Below are positions 49,000 through 59,289 of a stretch of 64,000 nt of DNA, one piece after another. The stretch spans positions 1 through 64,000 of the forward strand of contig NW_026779730.1 in assembly GCF_030144855.1 (NCBI RefSeq), written 5' to 3'. This DNA comes from Hypanus sabinus. Its lineage: Eukaryota. The translations under genes and the position numbers were made by a program. Positions within the stretch are counted from its first letter, which is position 1, and each line of letters starts with the position of its first letter. Below the pieces are notes generated by a model. That model saw only the letters and a program-made list of their open reading frames with translations, was not told the origin of the DNA and did no database searches.

Positions 49000-50007
49000 A
49001 CTGCCATGCTCGTAACGGGAGGTGTTGGGTCAAAGGCGAGGCAGGCTTTTCCACACGAGGAACTACAGTTCCCAGCGCACCCCGCGATACGTCCCTCTGA
49101 CGTCAAGCGTCGTATGTTTACGTCCTATCCAGGAGCAGGCCGCTCTTGTAGCATCTGGCCTGCTGTGTTTCACCGGCATCTTGTACCGTCTATCTTATTT
49201 AAATCACCGGAACATCACATTCGGTCCAAACTCGGAGGTGTGGCGTTTGTTATTTCCTGCCCCACGGTGCTTTCTGGACTACCTATTAATTTCAAGCCGT
49301 GGGTGACTTATGTATGAGGTGCACCAGCACCCCCGAACGCTCGTGGGTGACCCCCAATGACGTAAGGGAGACCACACCCATGACAACGCGACACTCGGCT
49401 TGTCACGTGACTCGACGCCCCCCTCCCGCCCTCATCTGAGCGACGAAGGAGAGAGGGACACGTCCACCTCTCTGTGACGCTATAAGCGTATCCTTTCCGT
49501 GATTGGTTGGCTATGTCCATTATTCCCCTCGCGATTGGGCTGCCTTACTCGGTCATTGGCAGGAAAACCCTCCCGATTGGTTCATTTTACGGGTTGCTCC
49601 TCCAGTGATTGGTTGAAGCGGAGGAGCTCTTTTCAATTGGTGAAGACTTCCCGTCAATCTTCTAACGATTGCCCCTCCCCATGGGTCAGAAGAAGGAAAC
49701 CATCCCAACTGGCCGCCTAGGGGCGTGAATCACATTCAGACTACATTTCCCAGCAAGGATTGTATTACCTTTGTCAGGCAAGCAAATCACGACAAAGACT
49801 GCTCTACAATTTCCACCTGCCTCGAGGTGCGGCGGGTATTGTAGTCCTTTGGTATGGCCGGAGGCAAGGAGGATCAGAAAATGAACTACAATTCCCAGCA
49901 TGCCCTAGTGTTCAGAGCCGTGCGCGGCAGGGGTGGACGGGATTGTAGTCGGTGTAAGGAAGTATATGGACTACAAGTCCCGGTGTGCCCCGGGAGGCGG
50001 CTCTAGG
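49000..50007. promoter_or_regulatory. ARMC5 CpG-island promoter
   Basis: 6-7 ACTACAnnTCCC (ZNF143/THAP11) motifs, six ATTGG boxes, CRE TGACGTCA at 49098, GTCACGTGAC at 49402. Confidence 0.85.
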
Positions 50008-50289
50008 ATGGCGGAGCAGCGGGGCCGGGATCACCGGGAGGCAGCGGTGGGCTGGGAGCGGCTACTGGGTGAGCCCGGAGCCCGGCGCTTAGCCGCCTTG
50101 CACGCCCTCCGCCGCCGCAAGCCGCTGAAGGAGGCGGGCGGCGCCGAGCGGTTCCGGCGGTCGGGCGGCTTACGGGCCCTACTGAGGCTGCTAAGGGACG
50201 TCGGAGGAACCCGGACCGGGGCGAAGGAACTGGACCTTGGCCTCAGTGTACTGGCAAACTACTGTACCGAAGAGTGGGCCCGTAGGGAG
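50008..50289 (+). CDS. ARMC5: ARMC5 exon 1
   Basis: KEAGGAERFRRSGGLRALL..LDLGLSVLANYCTE (human KAAGGIERFRARGGLRPLL..LDLALSILADCCTE); GAG|GTGAGG donor; an in-frame upstream ATG lies at 49966. Confidence 0.9.
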
Positions 50290-50926
50290 GTGAGGGGGCA
50301 GGGGGCGGGGCGGGGCCTCTGGGAGGGTTGAGAGGAGGAGGAGGAGCAACATTGGGGAGGGGAGGGGCTAAATGGGTAAGAGGTGCAGGGACTTGGGTTA
50401 TAAAGGGGGCTCCTCCGCGGGGGGGGGGGAGATTAATTCAGATGGGCCTGTGTGGCAATTGGCTTCAGGCTGTGTTGGGTGGGGGGGGGGGCGTGTGTTA
50501 AGTATGTGGGTGGCTGGATGCAGAGTTTGGGCTGAAGGGAGTGTTTTTCCACCGAGAGGCAGAGCCTGGACCAGGGTTTGGAGGGGGTTGGAAAGGGATG
50601 GATGTGGGTTGATGAAGAGGAGTGGACCTAGAGTTGGAGAAGGAAGAATGTGGGGCCAGAGAGGGAACAGGTAAACTGGAGGTTATGCGGAGAAACCTTC
50701 CCTCAATCCTTCAACTTCCTCTCTCCCAAGTGTCTGATCCTGGGAGTGTGTGAGGTAGTGGCGTAGAGGGGGCAATGTGTTCCCACTCTGAAATGTGCTT
50801 TGGGAGTGTTAGTGAGTGTAAAATAAGAGGATGGGGAGGGGTATGTAGAGAGAAATCGAGGTGGAGGGTGGAGCTGGAACCTTCACTGCATTTCTTCCTG
50901 AACACCTGATGCTGTTTCCTTTGCAG

Positions 50927-50957
50927 GTCCAGAGGCTTGGAGGAATCCCGACACTCG
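50927..50957 (+). CDS. ARMC5: ARMC5 31-nt microexon (VQRLGGIPTL)
   Basis: Matches human VRRLGGILPLV; tttgcag / G|GTAAGT; phase 0-1 is required to link exons 1 and 3. Confidence 0.9.
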
Positions 50958-51290
50958 GTAAGTGTGGGGGAAAGGAGCGTGTTAGGAATGTCACTCATCT
51001 AAAGTTGGAGACAGCAGATGCTGGAGGAACTCAGCGGGTTAGACAGCATCTATGGGAGGAAATAACCAGTGGACATCTCTGGCCAAGGCTCTTAATCAGG
51101 ACTTGGCCTGAGATGTCAACTGTTTATTTATAAAAGCGTAAGACATGAGAGTAAAATTAGGCATTTCAGCCCATTGTCTGCTCCACTGTTCCATCATGGC
51201 TGATTTATTACCCTCCTTAACCCTATTCTCCTGCCCTTGACTCCCTGATTAATCAAGAACCTATTGAACTCTGCTTTAGATTTGCCCAAT

Positions 51291-52406
51291 AAATCCACAA
51301 GGTTCCACATGGTAGACTTATTCAGAAAGTCAGAAGGCATGGGATCCAGGGAAGTTTGGCCAGGTGGATTCAGAATTGGCTTGCCTGCAGAAGGCAGAGG
51401 GTCGTGGTGGAGGGAGTACGTTCAGATTGGAGGGTTGTGACTAGTGGTGTCCCACAAGGATCTGTTCTGGTACCTCTACTTTTCGTGATTTTTATTAACA
51501 ACCTGGGTGTGGGGGTAGAAGGGTGGGTTGGCAAGTTTGCAGACAACACAAAGGTTGGTGGTGTTGTAGATAGTATAGAGGATTGTCAAAGATTGCAGAG
51601 AGACATTGATAGGATGCAGAAGTGGCAGATGGAGTTCAACCCGGAGAAGGTGGTACACTTTGGAAGGACAAACTCCAAGGCAGAGTACAACATAAATGGC
51701 AGGATACTTGGTAGTGTGGAGGAGCAGAGGGATCTGGGGGTACATGTCCACAGATCCCTGAAAGTTGCCTCACAGGTAGATAGGATAGTTAAGAAAGCTT
51801 ATGGAGTGTTAGCTTTCATAAGTCAAGGGATAGTGTTTAAGAGTCATGATGTAATGATGCAGCACTATAAAACTCTAGTTAGTCCACACTTGGAGTACTG
51901 TGTCTAGTTCTGGTCGCCTCACTATAGGAAGGATGTGGAAGCATTGGAAAGGGTACAGAGGAGATTTACCAGGATGCTGGTATTATCCAGGAGTATGGAT
52001 TATGATCAGATATTAAGGGAGCTAGGGCTTTACTCTTTGGAGAGAAGGAGGATGAGAGGAGACATGATAGAGGTGTATAAAATATTAAGAGGAATAGATA
52101 GAGTGGACGGTCAGCGCCTCTTCCCCAGGGCACCACTGCTCAGTACAAGAGGACATGGCTTTAAGGTAAGAGGAGGGAAGTTCAAGGGGGATATTAGAGG
52201 AAGGTTTTTCATTCAGAGAGTGGTTGGTGCATGGAATGCACTGTCTAAGTCAGTGGTGGAGGCAGACACACTAGTGAAGTTTAAGAGACTACTAGACAGG
52301 TATATGGGGGAATTTAAGGTGGGGGTTATATGGGAGGCAGGGTTTGAGGGTTGGCACAACATTGTGGGCCGAAGGGCCTGTACTGTGCTGTACTATTCTA
52401 TGTTCT
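51291..52406 (+). mobile_element. Young 5'-truncated CR1 LINE (RT C-terminal half)
   Basis: GVPQGSVL, KFADNTK, RDLGV, HLEYCV*FWSP, TRGH, QRVVGAWN; only one in-frame stop; inserted into an opposite-strand CR1 tail. Confidence 0.92.
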
Positions 52407-54110
52407 ATAATAGCTCAGCCTTCATCTTCGACTGTGGCAATGAATTCCACAGACTCACCTCTCCAGCTAAAGAAATTGCTCCTCCTATATGTTCTAAAGT
52501 TAGGTTCCTCTGGTCCTAGATTCCCCCATAATGGTAAACCTCCTCTGTGTTCATTTTACCTATGCCTTTCAATATTTAATTTTTCAATATAGTGGGCTTC
52601 AATGAAATTCTTTTTCCCCCCCACCCCCAGTCTTCCAAACTCTAGTGAATACAGGCCCAGAACCATCAAATACTCCTCAGACGTTAACTCCTTCATTCCC
52701 CTCCATAGATGCTGCCTGACCTCAGAGTTAACAGGAATCTGATTTATTATGACCGATGTTTGCTGTGAAATTTGTTATTTAACAGGGCTTACTATGAACT
52801 ACTAAGAGGAATAGTGAGGTTGTGTTCATGGTCTGTTCAGCAATCTGATGGTGGAGGGGAAGAAGCTGTCTTCAGACTCCTGTACCTCCTCCCTGATGGT
52901 GGGGAGAGTTGTCCCCGTGAAGAAGATGGTTGAGTCTGCAGCCTCTTGTAGTCCTGTGCATTAGAGCCTCCTGTTTTGGAATTGGTGTATTATTGTTAAG
53001 TATAATGAGAATGTTGTTTGACTTTCTGTGTACGTGGATCAGTTACGCTGCAGTGCAGGCCATGGTACGGGGATTGAGGGTGAGAGTCTGTACCGCTCTA
53101 GAGGGAATCGTTCAGTAGTTCTATAACAGAGGGTGGTACATGTTTTCAGGCTTTTGTATCTTCTGCCAGGTGGGAGGGGGAGAAGAGAGAATGCCCGGGG
53201 GGGGCGGGGTCTTTGACGTTGGCTGCTCCACCTCAGTAGTGGGAAGTGTAGACAGAGTCCGTGGAGGGGAGGCTGGTTTCCATGATCCTTGGTTTCTTGG
53301 TGGTGTGGGCAGAGCAATTGCCGTACCAAGCTGTGGTGCATCCAGGCAGGATGATAAGTTTGATTGACGGTTGTCAGGATTTACGGAGGGATCAGAATGA
53401 GCTGAGGAATGACAAGAGGATATTAACTCGGATAAGTGTGAGGTTTTTATTTTGGGGTAGGTCTTTCACAGTGAATGGCGGGGTCCTGGGGTGTGGTGTA
53501 GAAGAGAGAGTCGTAGGGGTATAAGTACATGGTTCCCTGAGAGTGGAGTCACAGCTAGGCAGGGAGGTGTTTGACACATGGCCTCATCAGTCAGTTCACG
53601 GGATACAGGAGTTGGGAGGTTACGTTGCAGTTGTACAAGATGTAGATGAGGCCATTCTTGGAATATTGTGTTCAGTTTTGGTTGCCCAGCAAAAGGAAAG
53701 CTGCCATCAAGTTAGAACAAGTGCAGAGGAGATTTTTGAGGACATTGTTGGGACTCGGGGGACTCCGTCATGGAGAAAGGTTGTGCAAGTTAGGGCTTTA
53801 TTCCTTGGAGCAAGGGAGACGGGTGGGGGACCTTACAGAGGTGTATAAGATCATGTGGGGCAGACAGGGTGAACGCACAGTCTTACTCCCCAATGTTGGG
53901 AAATCAAGAAGCAACATTTCCACCCCAAGGCTGGTTTGTAAATGGAATGAGCTGCCAGAGGACGTGGTTGAGGCAGCAACGTGATCAGTAGTTCATTGGC
54001 GTCCTGATAGGGTGGCATGGGACTGGCTCAGACGGGAATCACGGTTGCGTGGACAGGTTGGGCTGAAGGATCTGCTGAGTTTATGACTCTGAATCTTTCG
54101 CTCCCCCCAG

Positions 54111-54218
54111 TGGACATCCTGAAGACCACCACGTCACACAGTGTTCAAAACCGGATTGCCCGTGCACTGGGAAATCTAGCCATCGAGGCAGAGAACTCCG
54201 TCATCATTCACCAGTCAG
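54111..54218 (+). CDS. ARMC5: ARMC5 exon 3
   Basis: DILKTTTSHSVQNRIARALGNLAIEAENSVIIHQSG (human SIQNRTARALGNLAME); 108 nt. Confidence 0.95.
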
Positions 54219-54227
54219 GTACACAGA

Positions 54228-57200
54228 GAGCATAAGGGCAGGATTAGACCACCTGGCCCATCGAGTCTGCTCCGCCATTCAATCATGGCTGATCCTTTTA
54301 TTTCTCCTCCTCAACCCCAGTTCCCAGCCTTCTCCCCGTAACCTTTGATGCTGTGTCCAATCAAGAACCTTTCAAACTCTGCCTTAAATACTCCCAACCA
54401 CAGCTGCACGTGGCAACAAATTCCACAAATTCACCACCCTTTGGCTAAAGAAATTTCTCTGCATCTCTGTTTTGAAAGGGTGCCCCTCTATCCTGAGGCT
54501 GTGTCCTCTTGTCCTAGACTCTCCCACCATGGGAAACATCCTTTGCATATCTACTCTGTCTAGGCCTTTCAGCATTCGAAAGGTGTCAGTGAGATTCGCC
54601 CCCCCCCCCCCCCCATCCTTCCGAATTGCAGCAAGTACAGACCCAGAGTCAAATGTTCCTTGTATGATGACCCTTTCATTCCTGGAATCATCCTTGTGAG
54701 CCTCCTCTGGATCCTCTCCAATTCCAGCAAATCCTTTCTAAGATGAGGGATCTAAAACTGTTCACAATACTCAAGTTGAGGCCTCTCCAGTGCCTTATAA
54801 AGCCTCAGCATCACATCCCTGCTCTTGTATTGCAGACCTCTTGAAATGAATGCCAACACGCCCTTCCTCACCACCGACTCAGCCTGCAAGTGTTCTGCAC
54901 AGAGACTCCCAAGTCCCTTTGTATCTCAAGAGTTTTGGATTTTCTCCCCGTTTAGAAAATTTATTTCTACTGCCAAAGTGCATGACCATGCATTTTCCAA
55001 CATTGTCTTTCATTAGCCAGTCTCTTGCCCATTCTCCTAATCTTTGTCTAAGTTCTTGTGCATCCTACCTGTTTCCTCAACACTACCTGCCCTTCCACCA
55101 ACCTTCATATTATCTACAAACTTGGCAACAAAGCCGTCTATTCCATCACCTAAATCATTTATATACAGCATAAAAAGAAGTGGTCCCAATATCGATCCCA
55201 ACGGAACACCAATAGTCACTAGCAGCCAACCAGAAAAGAATCCTTTTATTCTCTTTCGCTGCCTCCTACCAATCAGCCAATGCTCTAACCATGTTAGTAA
55301 CTTTCCTGTAATACCATGGGCTCTTGGTAAGCAGCCTCATGTGTGGCACCTTGTCAAAGGCCTTCTGAAAGTCCAAATATACAACATCCACTGCATCCCC
55401 TTTATCTATCCTACTTGTAATCTCCTCAAGAAAGGAAACCATGCTGACTTTGTACTATCTTGTTCTGTGTCACCAAGTACTCCCAACACCTCTTTGTTAA
55501 CAATTGATTCTAAATTCCTCCCAACCACTGAGGTCAGGCTAACTGGTCTATAATTTCCCCTTTCTTAGTGACATTTGCAGTTTTCCAGTCTTCTGGCAGA
55601 GATCAATTATTTTTGAAAGATCATTTCTAATGCCACTACGATCTCTAATGCTACCTCTTTCAGAGTCCTTGGGTGCAGTTCCTCTGGTCCAGGTGACTTG
55701 TGTACCTTTAGGTGTGCAGTAATGCACCCATTTCTCTTCCTTCACGCACTGCAACTTCTGACACGCTGCTTCACAGTGATGACTGATGCAAAATCCTCAC
55801 TTAGTTCATCTGCCAACTCCTTGTCCCCCCACGATTATTTCTCCTGCCTCATTTTCTAGCGGTCTTATATCCACTCTCATTTCTCTTTCATTTCTAACAT
55901 ACTTGAAAAAACTTTTACTATCCATTGTTTGCTGCCTTGGTTTCATATTTCATCTCTTCCCTTCTAATGCTTTTATTAGTTGCTGTCTGTATGCTTTCAA
56001 ACACTTCCCATTTCTCTAACTTCCCCCTAATTTTTGCTTTGCTGTATGCCTTAACTTTTGCTTTTACAATAGCTTTGACTTCCCTCGTAGCCACAGTTGT
56101 ACTATTTTGCCATTTGAGTATTTCTTTGTTTTTTTTGGAATACGCATGTCCTGCACCTTCCTCATTTTCCCCAGAAATGGATGCCATTGCTGCTCTGCTG
56201 ACATCCCTGCCAGCAGCTCCTTCCAGTTTACTTTGGCCAACTCCTCTCTCAGACCACTGTAATTTCCTTTCCTCCACAGCAATACTGCTATGTCAGACTT
56301 TACTTTCTTCCTATAAAATTTCAAGTTTAACTTAATCATATTGCGATCACTGGTTCCTAAAGGTTCTTTAACCTTAAGCTCCCTAATGGCCTTCGGTTCA
56401 TTACCTAACACCCAATCCAGTATAGCTCAATGACAAACTGCACTAAAAAAGCCATCTCCAAGGCATTCAATAAACTCAGTCTCTTGAGATCCATTTTCAA
56501 CCAATGTTCCCCAGTCGACCCGCATGTTGAAATCTCCCGTCACTATCATAACATTGCCCTTTTGAAATGCCTTTTTTATTTCCTGTTGTACCCTGTGGTC
56601 CACCACCCAGCCACTGTTGGGAGGCCTGTATGTAACTGCCATCAACATCCTTTTACCCTTGCAGTTTCTTAACTCAACCCACAAGCATTCAACATCTTCT
56701 GATCCTACGTCACATCTTTCTACTGACGATGCCGTTCTTTACCAGTGGAGCCACTCCACCCCCTCTGCCTGCCTTCCTATCCCTCCAAAACAGGTATAAT
56801 GTGTAACCTTGGACATTCAGCTCCCAGCTCCAACCATCCTTCATCCGCGATTCAGTGATGGCCACAACATCATACCTGGCGATCTGTAATAGTGCAACAA
56901 GATCATCCACCTTGTTTCTTATGCTCTGCGTATTTAGATACCACACCTTGAGAACCGTATTTGCTGCCCTTTCTGATTCTGAATCCCCAATGTTTTGATA
57001 CTCAGCCTGTTGGCTGCAGCCGAGTTCCATCACCTGCCTTCCCTTCCTGACGGTCTGACTGCAGGCTGTCTTGTCTTGTCTTGACTTTCTTACCATCCAT
57101 CCTATCCTGACTTCCTTCGCTCTGGTTCCCACCCCTCTCTCAAATTAGTTTAAACCCTCCCCAACAGCTCTAACGAACCAGCCCAGGAGAACGTTGGTCC

Positions 57201-58015
57201 CCCTCGAGTTTAGATGCAACCTGTCACTTTTGTGCAGGTCATACCGCCTCCAGAAGAGATCCCAATGAAGCCCTGCCCCCTGCACCAGCTTCTCAGCCAT
57301 GCATTTATCTGCCAAATCACCCTGTCTTTACTTCACTGGCACAGGGAGCATTCCAGGAATTACTACCCGGGAGGTCCTGCTTCTTAGCCTTCTGTCCAGA
57401 GCTCTTTTTCAGGACCTCTTTGCTTTCCCTTCTTATGTCATTGGTACCAATATGTACCTAGATGTCTGGCTGCTTCCCCCTCCCTCTCCAAAATGTTGTG
57501 GACACAATCTGTGACATCCCTGACCCTGGCACCTGGGAGGCAACGTACCATCCGGGTGTCCTGTTCACACCCACAGAATCTCCTGCCGGTCCCCTCACTA
57601 TGAGTCCCCGATCACCAATGCTCCCTTCTTCTCCCTCTTTCCCTTCTGCACCACGGACCCGTGCTCAGTGCCTGTAACCTGTGGCGTTCTCCTGCGAGAT
57701 GGTCCCCCACAGAAGTATCCAAAGCGGTGTAGTTGTTTTTGAGGGGAATGACCGCAGGGGTGCTCTGCTCTAAATGCCTATCTCCATTTTTCCTGACAGT
57801 CACCCAGCTACTCGCCTCCTGCAACTTCGGGGTGACTACTTCCCTGTAGCTTTGATTAATTAGCTCTCCCGTACAAGCCAAAGGTCATCCAGCAGCTGCT
57901 CCAGATCCCTAACACGGTCTTCAAGGAGCTGCAGCCGGATGTAGTTACCCAGGAGACGCTGGTTCTCCCGACTCCCAACATCCAGCACGAAGAGCACCCC
58001 ACAGCCATTTAAATG
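54228..58015 (-). mobile_element. Degenerate near-full-length CR1 LINE
   Basis: On minus: ORF1 remnants, YLNTQSIRNK/AITES endonuclease, YRPPN/GDFN, GVPLGSILGP, TRGHSL, QRVVNLWN. Confidence 0.88.
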
Positions 58016-58459
58016 GTACAGTAAGTGAGGGGAAAAAACAAGAAATAAACCTTAACCGATGCTTTTACACTGAGCCGAAGCCTTTCGCGTCTACTCTTGC
58101 CACTGGCCTGCTCCCAACAATGGCCTGTCCACTTATCCCTACTGTACTTTTATTTAGTTCAGAGCTCTAAATGCCCTGTACAATCCCCCACTCACTCACC
58201 CACACCTCTGTGTGCCTCCCCGCCTCGCTCAGCCTAATGAATCCAGCTATCTGTGTGTGTCCTTAATGCTGAGTCTCTTTTCTGTGCGTCCCCCATTCTC
58301 CTTTGTGCATTATCCTCCCTGTAGGTCTCGTCTCCTTCCCCCCACCTTCAGTCAAACTCTCCCCTTCCCAATATTCTCTCCCTTTCTCCCCAACTCTTTC
58401 TAACAGTTGCCCGTCTCGCTCTTGCTCTGTAAAGAACTTCTTTCTGTCTTTCCTCCTAG

Positions 58460-59273
58460 GTGCAGTTCCCCTCCTTGTCTGCCTGCTCTCGTCGTGTGAG
58501 GATGCGGGCTGCCTGCAGAGCACGGTTCGGGCTGTACGCCTGCTGTCTGACACGCCCTCCCACCGCCGCTGGCTGACCACCCAGGGCTGCCTGCCCCCTC
58601 TGCTTCCCCTGCTCTCGCGCCCCGAGGAGGGGCTGTTGTCGGCCACCTGCCGGGCTCTCTCGGCCCTGGGCCGGGGTCTCCCGGCTCCCCTGGCCTCTCG
58701 CCTCTGCGGGGCAGGGGCTCCCGAGCTGCTGGCTCCCCTCTGCTCCCACCCTTCCACTCGTGTCCGGCAGGGCGCCCTCTTGGCCCTGGCCAGTCTCTGT
58801 GGCCACGCCTGCGTCCGTCCGGCGCTGGGCCGAGCCGGCGGGGTCCGACTCCTGACGAGTGTCCTGCGCGCCGAGCCCTCCTCTCCCGCGGCTCCCTCCC
58901 ACCTACGGGCTCTGTGTCTCCTGTGCCGGGAGGCTGTGAACCGGGCCAGGGTGAGGAGGGAGGGTGGCCTGGGGCTGTTGCTCTCGTTCCTGCGCCTTCC
59001 CGTGCACGCCGCCAGCCATCCCCGCATCGTGGGCGCGTTCCTCGCCTTCTTCTACGATCAGCAGGCCCTGGAGGAGCTGGCGGCCGGAGGGCTGGTCCCC
59101 CTCCTGGTGGAGAGGCTGCACTGGGCCAGGGGGGAGGCAGGAGGCGTGGCGGCTGCAGAGGACGATGAGGTGGAGGGCGACTCCTTCGACTTCCCGTCGG
59201 AAGGGAGCTTGGGGGAGGAGGAGGATGATGAGGAGCGGAAGAGGGAAGGTTCCAGCAGCTTCCTCAGCCTAAG
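58460..59273 (+). CDS. ARMC5: ARMC5 exon 4 (armadillo repeats)
   Basis: GAVPLLV..CLQSTVRAVR..RPALGRAGGV..LCLLCREAVNRAR..HPRIV..FDFP..SFLSLR; phase 1-2. Confidence 0.97.
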
Positions 59274-59289
59274 GTCAGTGTTTGGTGTG

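Noticed and set aside
49966-49980. ATG GAC TAC AAG (MDYK) resembling a FLAG-tag start, i.e. engineered DNA
   Set aside because: It continues SRCA, not DDDDK; it is part of a GACTACAAGTCCC ZNF143 motif.
58263-59027. 254-aa antisense ORF
   Set aside because: It is a shadow of the GC-rich ARMC5 exon 4.
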